Shown here piece after piece: positions 11,403-21,786 of a DNA stretch of 64,000 bases. The position numbers were made by a program, and so were the translations under genes. Source of the DNA: Promethearchaeota archaeon (GTDB lineage Archaea; Asgardarchaeota; Lokiarchaeia; Sigyniarchaeales; SOKP01); NCBI GenBank assembly GCA_029838195.1, contig JALGVJ010000018.1:1-64000 (forward strand), read 5' to 3'. How positions within the stretch are numbered: position 1 is the stretch's first letter; every line of letters starts with the position of its first letter. The notes beneath the pieces are model-generated. The model searched no databases, was not told the origin of the DNA, and saw only the letters and a list, made by a program, of their open reading frames with translations.

Positions 11403-13475
11403 ATGGCTTTTGAAAAGAATATCAAGAGCTTAGTTTTTCCAATGGCATTTCCGGGGCCTCGGTTAGGCCATTCCACGATGTTAGGGGAGGCTCCTGAAAA
11501 ATATTTATTGGATTCAATTCAATTTTTAAAAGAATTGAATTATTTTGATGGCTTGGAGATCACGCATATTAAAGATCCAGAGATTAAAGAAAAATTTATT
11601 GAAGCGATAAAAAGTTTTAAATACATTACATATACCGCTGAACCGATTCAATTAATTAATGAAGATAACTTGATCGCTCCTGCAGATATTAGTTCTATAG
11701 ATGAGTTAGAACGGCAGAACGCCGTGAAGCGATTGAAGTGGTACATGAAAGAAGCTTATGAGTATAATGCCAAACAATTTACATTTCTTAGCGGGGAAGA
11801 TCCGGGAACGACAAATGGAATAAAAAGTAGGAGATTAGCAATAGATTCCTTAATAAAATCCATTAATGAAATATGTCTATTTAATAAAGAATTAGCGAAA
11901 AAATTGAAAAAAAAGCCCATGAAGATGACTTTAGAAACGTTTGATCGGTCCAATGAGCCGGGACATAAAAATCAGTTAATAGGGCCTTCTGATGACGCTC
12001 GTTCAATTGCCATTACAATTCGTAATGTTTATCAGCACGACGAATTTGGCTTAATGTATGATTTATCTCACATGTTTTTAATTAAAACTGGGTATAATCA
12101 CGAGGATTTTGACGTTATTCGTTCTTTAGCCCCATTTTTAAATTGGATTCATATTGCAAATAGCGTTTCAGACAAAAATGACCCTAATTATGGAGATACT
12201 CATGTTTCGATGGATTATCCTAATGGAAATGTAACTCCCGAGGTCTTGAAAAATTTTCTTAAGGTTTTAAAAGATATAAATTATCAAGGCGGAATCGGAT
12301 TTGAATATTCACCTCGAGGAAGGCAATTAAGTGAATCTGTTATAAAGATAGCCATAGCAGGATTTGAAGAAGCAAGGCAACAAATAGACGTGAATTATGC
12401 CTTGGGGTCTTATCGTTTTAAAACCCGTAGATTTCTGCCCGAAAAAATATTTTATATGATCACGGAAAAGAAGAAAAGTAATTTTAGCGAGATTTTAAAA
12501 GAGGAGTATGCAAATAGAGTAAAAAGAGCTCGTCCTTGGAATTCAAACTTAGTTATCATTGCGGCAGATCATCCCGCTCGAAGGGTAACAAATGTAGGGA
12601 GGAATGAATTGGCCATGGGAGATAGACAACAATATTTAGGGCGGATTTTAAGAGTATTAATGCTAGATGAAATCGATGGAGTCATGACAACTCCTGATAT
12701 CATGGATGATCTAATGATTTTGAATTTTCTCTTGAAAGAAAAAGAAGGTCAGAGCTTCATGGATAACAAGATTTTGATTGGCTGTACAAATCGGGGCGGG
12801 TTAGCAGGCTCAACATATGAAATGGACGATAGTATAACCGCTTACACGGTTGAGGATATTAACAAACTCGGATTAGATGGAGCAAAAATGATGTTTAGAT
12901 TAGATTTAGAAACGAATATGGCAAGATATAGTCAGAGAACACTTCAATCTTGCTCGAAAATGGTGAGGGCATGTAATGATTATGATACTCCTATTTTTAT
13001 CGAACCTTTACCCGTGGAACGTCAAGATTCTATTGGATATAAAGTAAAACTTAAAGCAGATGAGCTAATAAAAACGATCGGAATAGCAACGGCGATTGGG
13101 GGGAGTTCCGCTAATATTTGGCTGAAAATTCCCTACGTGGAAGATTATGAACACGTTGTTAGGAGCACGAGTAACCCAATTTTAATGCTGGGGGGAGAAA
13201 GTACGGGAAATCCCACCGATATTTTAGAAGAATTCGAGAAAGGATTGGGAGCGGGAAAAAATGTAAAAGGTTGCCTGGTAGGACGAAATCTACTATATCC
13301 TGGCCATGACGATCCTCGAGCTGTTGGAATAGCCGTATCAAAAATTGTTCACGATAATTTGAATACTGAAGAAGCTGTTAAAATTTTATCGGATAATCGA
13401 GGAAGAGAGATGGATTTTTTAACAAGCCCGTTAATGGGAATTTCTTTTGATGAGGATGAGATCGGGTATTTATAA
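11403..13475 (+). CDS. fusion of a xylose-isomerase-like TIM barrel and a Cgl0159/DeoC-LacD-type class I aldolase
   Basis: N half: LETFD, YDLSH, HIAN, YGDTH, GFE metal motifs. C half: AADHPARR, NRGGLAG, FIEPL, WLKIP, LGG, VGRNLLYP. Confidence 0.75.
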   Translation: MAFEKNIKSLVFPMAFPGPRLGHSTMLGEAPEKYLLDSIQFLKELNYFDGLEITHIKDPEIKEKFIEAIKSFKYITYTAEPIQLINEDNLIAPADISSIDELERQNAVKRLKWYMKEAYEYNAKQFTFLSGEDPGTTNGIKSRRLAIDSLIKSINEICLFNKELAKKLKKKPMKMTLETFDRSNEPGHKNQLIGPSDDARSIAITIRNVYQHDEFGLMYDLSHMFLIKTGYNHEDFDVIRSLAPFLNWIHIANSVSDKNDPNYGDTHVSMDYPNGNVTPEVLKNFLKVLKDINYQGGIGFEYSPRGRQLSESVIKIAIAGFEEARQQIDVNYALGSYRFKTRRFLPEKIFYMITEKKKSNFSEILKEEYANRVKRARPWNSNLVIIAADHPARRVTNVGRNELAMGDRQQYLGRILRVLMLDEIDGVMTTPDIMDDLMILNFLLKEKEGQSFMDNKILIGCTNRGGLAGSTYEMDDSITAYTVEDINKLGLDGAKMMFRLDLETNMARYSQRTLQSCSKMVRACNDYDTPIFIEPLPVERQDSIGYKVKLKADELIKTIGIATAIGGSSANIWLKIPYVEDYEHVVRSTSNPILMLGGESTGNPTDILEEFEKGLGAGKNVKGCLVGRNLLYPGHDDPRAVGIAVSKIVHDNLNTEEAVKILSDNRGREMDFLTSPLMGISFDEDEIGYL

Positions 13476-13499
13476 AAAGTAGAAAATTTTTATTAACTC

Positions 13500-13919
13500 A
13501 TGAGATTTCTATCGTTTCATTGTGAATATTTTAAATATAGGACGACTAAAAAAAGCCGTTCTAAGATCATCGAAAATTTATCTGAAGAGAACAAACAAGG
13601 CATAATTCAGAACGCTATTGTACTATTTATCAGTTTTGAAAAAGAAGATGAGAATAATCCTTTTATTTTAAAACAATGCATTAAAGAGATTAAAGCAATT
13701 ACCCAACAACTAAAGGTACACAACATGGTTCTTTTGTCTTTCGCCCATTTATTTGGAGAATTAAGCAGCCCTGAATTCGGATTTATTTCAATAAAAAAAT
13801 TAGAAGAAAAATTAAAAGAAAATAGCTTTACGATCCTCCGACCTCCTTTTGGCTGGTTCAATGAATTAGAATTAAAAGCAAAAGGACATCCTCTTTCCAG
13901 AATAGCCAGAAAAATTTAA
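13500..13919 (+). CDS. free-standing archaeal-type threonyl-tRNA synthetase editing domain
   Basis: MRFLSFH, FAHL, PFGWFNEL...KGHPLSR motifs. Confidence 0.88.
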   Translation: MRFLSFHCEYFKYRTTKKSRSKIIENLSEENKQGIIQNAIVLFISFEKEDENNPFILKQCIKEIKAITQQLKVHNMVLLSFAHLFGELSSPEFGFISIKKLEEKLKENSFTILRPPFGWFNELELKAKGHPLSRIARKI

Positions 13920-14014
13920 TAAATAAATAAAAGAACCATGACACGGAGAGAGAATATTTTCTTCAATCTCCATATCTAAGGATGCATGCCAAGAGTCCAC
14001 TTTGATTAAAAACA

Positions 14015-14727
14015 TCATTGCAATATCGAATGTAAGAGAATAGTTTCCTGAAAATAAGGATAACATTTATTTTTATCAATACAAGATTTAAGGGCTCCTA
14101 TGGATTCAATTCCCTCTAAATATGGCACGAATTCATCCCTAATCGCATTAGTAGGGCAATTTTTTTGACATGAGCCACATGAACGGCAATATTTTTCAAT
14201 CCATGCGTGTTCTCGAGAATCCGTGTAATTAAAATAGGGTTTATCTATAAAAATAGGGGCAATTCTCTGCCGAGGTCCAAATTCAGGAGTGATTAATAAT
14301 CCCATTTTTCCTCGCCATCCCATTCCCGCTTTAGCGGCTAAAGGGGGTGTTAAGGTTAATCCATCTAAGGGATGATTGTCTTGACATTTAATTCCTTTCT
14401 TTCTTAACCAATGTGCGATATCATGGATGGCTTTTCCTAGATGCCAATATACTCTCATGGTCTCGATGCCCGCCTCAATTTCTGGGGCCTTTTCTATTTC
14501 ATTTTTCTTCATCTCTTCTATAAAAATAAGAGCGTGAGGATAAGAGATAAATCGTCCTTGGAAAATTAATTCACGAGGAATTCTTGTAAAGCCTATTTTT
14601 TTAATTCCCCATTTATTTTAATTCCCCATTTATTTAAAGCATATTGTTTTAATTCATTCCATAACACATTTTTCGTGTATTCATAAGGGTAGATTTCTAC
14701 AACCTCTTTATTTTGAACGAGAAATAT
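14015..14727 (-). pseudogene. degraded QueG/reductive-dehalogenase-like Fe-S protein
   Basis: AAKAGMGWRGKMGLLITPEFGPRQR and CxxCxxCxxxCP. Upstream frame broken by a 17-bp duplication, and the second cluster motif is lost. Confidence 0.75.
14602..14635. repeat. 17-bp perfect tandem duplication TAATTCCCCATTTATTT
   Basis: Units at 14602-14618 and 14619-14635. Confidence 0.95.
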
Positions 14728-15097
14728 TTAGTAGGGGGATGAAGGCAATTGTTTAAATAAAAAAGAGGTCTACTATTTTCATGCTATATTTTCATGCCGA
14801 AATAAAATTATTCAACTTCATGCCAGAAAGAAGAAAGAGAAATCTCTTTTTCCTAATTTGAATTATTAATGATTTCTTTATGATAATCAAAATGATTTAA
14901 AACGAGTTCATTTTCAGAACTCTCTCATTTGATACAACGAGAACGAAAAAACTATTAAAATCGGGGCAAATCTCGTTTTAAATTATAATATTTGAACCAC
15001 ATGGGAAAAGGAATGTTGTAAGTCGTACTCGGAGGTAAATTAAAATTTATAGTTAATTAAAGAAAATTATTAAAATCTTAAGTTCTTTATTGAAAAT

Positions 15098-15808
15098 ATG
15101 AGAAAAGAAGAATTATTACTGAATCACTTATCACCGTTTCTTAGAGACAAGAAAGGAATACTACTTCCGAAACTAGAGCCATCTTTATCGTCTAAAAAAA
15201 AGCAGCTAAAAACAGGAACTACAACGGTAGGATTAACATGCAAGGATGCTGTAATTTTAGGAACAGACAAACGGGCAACGATGGCATATTTTATTGCCAG
15301 TAAGACTTCAGAAAAATTACATGAAATTCAAAAACATTTATGGATGACAATTGCAGGGTCTGTAGCAGACGCTCAATATTTAATTGACATTTTAAGAGCG
15401 GAAACCACCCTTTATCAATTAGAGAAAGAAAAACCTGTAAAGGTTAGGGCTGCCGGCCGACTTCTTTCTAACATGTTATATAGTAGTAAACTGTTTCCCT
15501 ATGAAGTGGGTTTAATATTAGGAGGTGTTACTGAAGAAGAGGGTCCCTTGCTATTAGATGTGGGGGCATATGGTTCCTTATTAGAGGAAAAATATTGTTC
15601 TATAGGGAGCGGCCAAAATTTCTCGTATGGAGTTCTTGAATCAAAGTATAAAGAAAATCTTTCTATTGAAGAGGGTAAAAATATAGTAAAAGCAGCCATT
15701 ACATCTTCTATAATCCGGGACATGGCGAGTGGTAATGGAATTGATATCGTAGTTGTGAAAAAAGAAGGTCCCACAGAGCGCATGTTTTATCCCATTAAAA
15801 AAGAATAA
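15098..15808 (+). CDS. psmB: proteasome subunit beta
   Basis: Propeptide, then KTG|TTTVG; DKRAT, AGSVADAQ, IGSG and RDMASG motifs. Confidence 0.96.
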   Translation: MRKEELLLNHLSPFLRDKKGILLPKLEPSLSSKKKQLKTGTTTVGLTCKDAVILGTDKRATMAYFIASKTSEKLHEIQKHLWMTIAGSVADAQYLIDILRAETTLYQLEKEKPVKVRAAGRLLSNMLYSSKLFPYEVGLILGGVTEEEGPLLLDVGAYGSLLEEKYCSIGSGQNFSYGVLESKYKENLSIEEGKNIVKAAITSSIIRDMASGNGIDIVVVKKEGPTERMFYPIKKE

Positions 15809-16092
15809 AAGAGAATTGGTATTATTTCATTGTTTTTTAATTTAACGTTTCATATTTATTATTCCTTCTTTTTAGTTTGTTCCAAATTAATAAAAAATTG
15901 AAAAAAATTATTTTTCGAACGACAGAAATCTTTCCCTACAAAAACATAAACTTTAAATTGAATCAATGTGCAAAAATAAAATTTATAATAAGAAACTTCT
16001 TTATACAAATAAACTAAAATAGAAGATTAATTTACAAATTTTTATTAAAAGAGTTTGGATCAAACTATAACAATGTAAACAAGGATAAACAG

Positions 16093-16827
16093 ATGAGTTA
16101 TAGAATAATTGTGGATTTATCTCACAACGAGCAAATTGAAGAATTCCCGGAATTTTCCTTGGGAGAAGATGATTATGAGGTTCACTACATAGATAGAAAT
16201 GAAGGTCCTATCGATTACGAGCAATTGGAAGATTTTGATATTTTATTCATGGGTAATATCCAGCATGATAAAAAAAATAAAACCGATCGATTTATTCCTG
16301 ATGAGTTAAAAGCTATTAAAAGATTCATTGGAGAAGGAGAAGGAGGCCTTTTATTAACTTCTGGCGCTGGCGGTGATAACGATATTCCCATGAAAGAGGG
16401 ATCCATCCGAGTGTTATATAAAATCACGGGTGTAAAACGATTCTGGAATGGCGTTATTTTGGAAACGGGTTCTAATTTTCTCGTGAATAGAGAAAACGTG
16501 CTTGCTACTGAACTTTATAATCATCCAATTACTAAAAAAATCACAGAATTGGTCTTTCCTAATTGTTGTTTTTTTAGTTTGTCTGACGAAGAGGTGGATG
16601 ATATCGTAGTGACCTCAGAAAAGGCTGAATTTAAATATTTCGAGGATGATGAAGTGAGCGCAATTGGTCCCGTACCCATCTGCGTGGCTTCAACATTTTA
16701 TGGGGGAAGATGCGTTACTGTCGGCTCTTCGGAATTTTTACTAGAAGACTCAGATTATGGGATTGACAGTGGAGATAATTTGCGTTTCCTGAAAAACATC
16801 ATTCGCTGGCTAACTTTTGAAATTTAA
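16093..16827 (+). CDS. GIFT/DUF4350 (IFT52-like, class I GATase-like fold) domain protein
   Basis: IIVDLSHNE start, ELKAIKRFI..GGLLL..GAGGD, HPIT, GRCVTVGSSEF, N..FLKNIIRWL. Confidence 0.62.
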   Translation: MSYRIIVDLSHNEQIEEFPEFSLGEDDYEVHYIDRNEGPIDYEQLEDFDILFMGNIQHDKKNKTDRFIPDELKAIKRFIGEGEGGLLLTSGAGGDNDIPMKEGSIRVLYKITGVKRFWNGVILETGSNFLVNRENVLATELYNHPITKKITELVFPNCCFFSLSDEEVDDIVVTSEKAEFKYFEDDEVSAIGPVPICVASTFYGGRCVTVGSSEFLLEDSDYGIDSGDNLRFLKNIIRWLTFEI

Positions 16828-17034
16828 TTTAATTTATCATTGAAAATCCTTATTCTGTTTTTATTTTTTTCAAAAATCATTAAAGAAATATTTAAAAATT
16901 CAGAAAAATTAGAATTTTTGATTTTAATTTAATAGTTGAATTATATTCGTAATTAATTTATTTTAAATTGAAGTTCACGTTATTATCGTTTCATTCATTT
17001 ATTTTATATAACTAGCTATGGTATTATTTGGATC

Positions 17035-18147
17035 ATGGTTTTTCGATTATTGAGACCCGATGCAGAAAGGGCTTGGAAGCATCCCGAAATCTTGAGAAGA
17101 TTTTCTCGTTATCGGGGAATTATTGAAGGAACTCGAATTGCCCGCTACCTCCTTGCAAAATCTATTAAGTGTTCTTTTAATGAAACGAACTCGCTAGAAG
17201 ATTTATTATTAGAATTTAAAACTAAAACCAAAAAATTTCGTGATATTTTAAGGAAGGAAGGGGAGATTTCAGAACTGGGAAATGAAAAGGAACATTCTTA
17301 TATTGCTTTAGCAGAGAGAATAGCTAATGAATATTTAAAAAGCTGCAATTTCTGTGAAAGAAGATGTGGAGCGAATCGCAGTGAAGGGGAAAAAGGATTT
17401 TGCTTGGTGCCGAAAGATGCTTTTATTTCTTCTGCTTTCTTACATTATGGGGAGGAGAGCGTGCTAGTTCCTAGCGGCACCATTTTTTTTCAGGGGTGTA
17501 ACTTTGCTTGTTGTTTTTGTCAAAACTACGATATTTCGCAAGCATGGAAAAAAAGATATCCAATAGAAGAAGTAGCACAGAAAGTCTCGGGAAATACATT
17601 AGCGAATTTAGCTGAAAAATTATGCAATAACGGTGCGTTAAACATAAACTACGTTGGTGGGGACCCAATTCCGAATATTCACGTGATATTAAATAGCTTG
17701 AGGTATCAATCGAAAAATATTTGTCAGCTATGGAATTCAAACTTTTATTTAACTGAAGAGAGCTTATCGTTAATATTAGATTTGATGGATTTCTGGCTTC
17801 CTGATTTTAAATATGGGAATAATGACTGTGCAAAAAAATATTCCGGAATAGAGAATTACTATGACGTGATTACCAGAAACTTAAAGATAATTCATGATGT
17901 GGGAAGTGGCGAAATTATCATTCGTCATTTAGTCATGCCCAATCACGTGGAGTGTTGTTCAATTCCTATCTTAGATTATATTGCGAAAGAAGTGCCAAAA
18001 TGCGTTGTAAATATAATGGCACAGTATAGACCCGTTTATCATGCATTTAATCATACTGAAATAAATCGACGTCCTACGTCAGAAGAACTCCAAAAAGTAA
18101 AACAGCACGCAAAACTTCTTGGAATTCTTTTCGAACCCGTCTCATGA
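17035..18147 (+). CDS. PflX-like radical SAM protein
   Basis: CNFCERRC, GCNFACCFCQNYDIS, DFKYGN, IRHLVMPNH, NIMAQYRP motifs. Confidence 0.9.
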   Translation: MVFRLLRPDAERAWKHPEILRRFSRYRGIIEGTRIARYLLAKSIKCSFNETNSLEDLLLEFKTKTKKFRDILRKEGEISELGNEKEHSYIALAERIANEYLKSCNFCERRCGANRSEGEKGFCLVPKDAFISSAFLHYGEESVLVPSGTIFFQGCNFACCFCQNYDISQAWKKRYPIEEVAQKVSGNTLANLAEKLCNNGALNINYVGGDPIPNIHVILNSLRYQSKNICQLWNSNFYLTEESLSLILDLMDFWLPDFKYGNNDCAKKYSGIENYYDVITRNLKIIHDVGSGEIIIRHLVMPNHVECCSIPILDYIAKEVPKCVVNIMAQYRPVYHAFNHTEINRRPTSEELQKVKQHAKLLGILFEPVS

Positions 18148-18276
18148 ATTAAGAATACTTTATTATGAAATCTGAATTAGATTAGAAAAAAATTTCGTGG
18201 TCTCTTTTTTCGAAAAAGCTATAAGCCATCCAAAATTCCTCTATTCATTAAGAATCATTTCAGATATAAGATTAAA

Positions 18277-19425
18277 ATGAGTCTTAGATTAGAAGATATA
18301 AAGGGATTGGAAAAAAAGACTATTGATTCTTTAAAATCTGCGGGAATTGATACGGTAGAAAAACTAGCTAATACGGAAACAGAAAAATTGCTTGAAATTA
18401 AAGGAATAGGTGAATCAAGCGCAAAAATATATATTGAGAGCGCAAAAGAGCTATTAAATAAGCATGAAGGCGCTGAATCCCCTCAAGCGGAGGAAAAAAC
18501 TGAAGAGGAGGCTATAATTGAAGATGAGTTGAAAAAAGCGGAAGAAAAAAAGGAACGATTAAAAGGTAAACCCGTTCAAGAAGGTGATTTTATCTTAGTA
18601 AGAATTACGGGAAAAACTCAAAAAGGGAAGGTATTCCAAGTTTCTTCAATTGAAGATGCCAAGAAAGCAGGAATTTATGATGAAGAGAAAGCAAAACAAG
18701 GATACTATTCTCCGGAATTTGTTATTGTGGGAAAACCAGGGTTTTTAAATGAGGGGCTGACTGAAGTTATTGAAAAAATGAATTATTTTGAAAAAAAATC
18801 GGTTAGGATTCCTCCAAACAAGGCTTTTGGAAAAAGAGATCCGCAGAAAATTGAACGAATTGGCATTGCTAAGTTTAAGCGCATGAACGAAGGAAAAAAT
18901 CCGCAAATTGGCCAGGAGTTTGTCAAAAAAGGAACGGGACAACGGGGTGTCATTACCAACATTACTCAAGGAAAAGTTATCATCGATTATAATCATCCTT
19001 TAGCAGGCCAGCATCTCGATTATAACATTGAAATAATTGATAAATTTGAAGATTTTGAAGAAAAAATTCATCAACTCATGTTTTCGAAAGGGATACCTAA
19101 AGAAAACATATCCGACTTCAAATTGAATTACCTCAAGGAAAAAAAGACTCTTGAAATTACCATTCCAAAGATGTTTCTTTTTCAAAACTTAACTTACTTT
19201 AAATTTGCCTTAGCCATGGACTTACAAACTCACATGGAAGACGAAATAGATACAGTAAAATTCATTGAAATCTATGAAAAAATACCAGCACCCGTACCTC
19301 CAGAAGAATCCGTTAAAAAAAAATTAGAAGAATATTCTAAAAAACAAGAAGAAAAACAAGAAGAAAAACAAGAAGAAAAAGATTCGGCTTCCGCTGAAAC
19401 ATCAACGGTAAAAGAAAACGAATAA
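18277..19425 (+). CDS. long-type archaeal FKBP peptidyl-prolyl isomerase with N-terminal helix-hairpin-helix domain
   Basis: IPPNKAFGKRDP and DYNHPLAG FKBP/SlyD motifs; N-terminal IKGLEKK...AGIDTVEKLA...IKGIGESSA. Confidence 0.87.
   Translation: MSLRLEDIKGLEKKTIDSLKSAGIDTVEKLANTETEKLLEIKGIGESSAKIYIESAKELLNKHEGAESPQAEEKTEEEAIIEDELKKAEEKKERLKGKPVQEGDFILVRITGKTQKGKVFQVSSIEDAKKAGIYDEEKAKQGYYSPEFVIVGKPGFLNEGLTEVIEKMNYFEKKSVRIPPNKAFGKRDPQKIERIGIAKFKRMNEGKNPQIGQEFVKKGTGQRGVITNITQGKVIIDYNHPLAGQHLDYNIEIIDKFEDFEEKIHQLMFSKGIPKENISDFKLNYLKEKKTLEITIPKMFLFQNLTYFKFALAMDLQTHMEDEIDTVKFIEIYEKIPAPVPPEESVKKKLEEYSKKQEEKQEEKQEEKDSASAETSTVKENE
19342..19377 (+). repeat. 12-bp tandem repeat (AAACAAGAAGAA)x3 encoding KQEE
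   Basis: Seen in the acidic tail of the FKBP gene. Confidence 0.85.
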
Positions 19426-19710
19426 TTTAATTACTCTCATGGAGAAATAATGTACATTCTTTTCCTTACCTTAATTAACATTTTTCCAAGAGATAATAGC
19501 TATTTTTAATTTTACTAAATTCTTGCCAATTTAAGCATTATTCCTTATTATTCTTCACTTTTTTATTAACATTCTCTTTAATATACCGATAAAATTAACT
19601 TCTTCTACATTAAATAAAAGCTTAAGGATTAAAAATAAAAAAAAAAAGAGATACAAAGAAAGTAAGAAAAACATTAAATGTTTAGATGTTACACATGCAA
19701 TTTAATTTTT

Positions 19711-20502
19711 TCAAGCATGCTTTACTTGCTTTATTTTATTTAAAATTATATTTCCAATTAACTCTTCGGCCGTGGTTTTCCCCCTCCAGTTAGTAAATTC
19801 CGGAAAACATCCCACATCAACGATATAATACTCGTTGGTGTTTTCTTCTTTAACCAGATCTAAATGTCCAAAAGATAAATTATAAGAGGTTTTCCATAGT
19901 TTTATGATCTTTCGAACTTCCATATCGAGGGGTACTTGTTTCATGGGACCATGCTCATCTGACATGGGAGGTTTCTCTAAGAGACATGTCTCATCTTGAA
20001 TGAAATAAGCTAAATAATGCGTTCCTTTAATGAATTTTTGAAAGTAATAAATTTTATCAGAATTTAGTTTAAGCATTTCCTTATTTTTTATTAATTGAAT
20101 TCCCTTACTTCCCGAACTCATTAAAGGTTTTAAAATTATTGGAAAATCATTTTTATTTAATTTTTCCTCCATGACTTTCATGGTACCCATGTAGAAAGGA
20201 GGTGTATTGAGATTTAAGTTTTTAGCTAAATAATAAGCTTCAATTCTATCTCGATGTTTATATGCAATAGTAGGATCTGGGAAAACGGGAACATTAGCTT
20301 CTTCTAAATAAAAAGCAGCTTGGAGGAACAAGAAATTTTTCGATTTTAATATGATAAAATTGTTATCTTTTAGAGTAGAATTGATATTGAGTTTTTTTTC
20401 ATCTATTAGTTCGATGAAAAAGTCATGATTTTCCAGAAATTCTTTCAATTTCCAGCTAAAAGAACTTTTTTTAATTTTTTTTGTAAAAATTCCAATCCGC
20501 AT
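19711..20502 (-). CDS. ATP-grasp protein, divergent ITPK1-like
   Basis: PIILKP..SSGSKGI, YFQKFI, GHLDLV...YYIVDVGCFPEF. Confidence 0.68.
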   Translation of the reverse strand: MRIGIFTKKIKKSSFSWKLKEFLENHDFFIELIDEKKLNINSTLKDNNFIILKSKNFLFLQAAFYLEEANVPVFPDPTIAYKHRDRIEAYYLAKNLNLNTPPFYMGTMKVMEEKLNKNDFPIILKPLMSSGSKGIQLIKNKEMLKLNSDKIYYFQKFIKGTHYLAYFIQDETCLLEKPPMSDEHGPMKQVPLDMEVRKIIKLWKTSYNLSFGHLDLVKEENTNEYYIVDVGCFPEFTNWRGKTTAEELIGNIILNKIKQVKHA

Positions 20503-20525
20503 GATTAATGATTAAAAGAGTGGTT

Positions 20526-21344
20526 TCATATTTTAGCTTGATTAATTAAAAAATCGCCCACTAATTTTGGGCCTTCCTTCATGTAATTAAAATTTGGCGT
20601 GCTGTTGATATCTGTTAAATAAAATTTTCCGTCGTCAGACTTTAAATAATCTATTGAAGTTATTTTGAGATCCAGCGTTTTCATGGCTTTCAAGCTCATT
20701 TCTTTTAAAAAAGGGATTTCTTCTATTTTGACTCTACTTTTCATTTTGTCAGGTTCTATCAAAACAGGAATTTGCTTATAGAAAAATAATTCTTCATTAA
20801 TTCCATAAACTTTATATTCCCAATCACTTTTTATGAATTCTTGATAATAATAATGATTAATTTGGAAGTTTTCTTCGTTTGAATTTATTAATACTCTTTT
20901 ATCGATGACTTGAATTTTTCCATTCCTTATCCTTATTTCCGGTTTAAAATTAATGTTTTTTTGATCAATTGCATTTTTTATTATATAATTTTCGAAGGGC
21001 GGTGTTAAATGTTTGGAAGAATATCCATAATTTGGCACGAGAATTCCATTTTTACGAAGATATAAAGAATTTAAAAACCGATTCATGGCTAAATAGATTC
21101 CTTTATAAGAATTAAAAACAGGAATGGACGTTTCTCGTTCGATATATCTAACAAGGGCCAATGCTAAATTTCCTTTCGTCTTTACAAAAAAGACATCTTC
21201 GTCCAACCTTAAGTCATCGAGAGATAATAAAAAATCTTGCTCTACATAAAGAGTTACATGAGCTTTATCTTTTAAATAAGCAAGTAATTTCGCTAATTTA
21301 TACTTCAGATGATAGGTATCCGTGATAATTCCAATTCTTGGCAT
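20526..21344 (-). CDS. ATP-grasp protein, ITPK1-like inositol phosphate kinase candidate
   Basis: YQEFI...EYKVYG, SIDYL...FYLTDINSTPNF. Confidence 0.72.
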   Translation of the reverse strand: MPRIGIITDTYHLKYKLAKLLAYLKDKAHVTLYVEQDFLLSLDDLRLDEDVFFVKTKGNLALALVRYIERETSIPVFNSYKGIYLAMNRFLNSLYLRKNGILVPNYGYSSKHLTPPFENYIIKNAIDQKNINFKPEIRIRNGKIQVIDKRVLINSNEENFQINHYYYQEFIKSDWEYKVYGINEELFFYKQIPVLIEPDKMKSRVKIEEIPFLKEMSLKAMKTLDLKITSIDYLKSDDGKFYLTDINSTPNFNYMKEGPKLVGDFLINQAKI

Positions 21345-21786
21345 TTTAAACCATTCTCACGAGTTAAACTCATTTAATATTAAATGAGTATAATCCTTGC
21401 TCTCTTTTTAATATCTTTTACTCCACTAATTCTGTATGGTTAAAAAAATAAAATGGGCTAAAAGATTTTCTTGTAATAAAAAAAAACTATTCCTTTAATT
21501 TCTATTTTTTATCATGAATAAACACGCAGAAATTATTAAAGTTTGAAATAAAGTTTCAAAATTTGGAGAGTGAAAAATATCTTTGACATTTAATCAAAAA
21601 TTTGAAAACACGGATAATAATTTGAGTTCTTTTTGGACTTCTTTTTTTTAAGTGAAATAGTGATTTTTAGCGAAAACTTTGAAGATTTCCTCATTCAAAA
21701 ATCTTTTTCTCCATAAAAAGTATTAGATATATAAACCATTAATTTATATATTTTCATATATTCTGATAAGATTAAATCAATATAGT

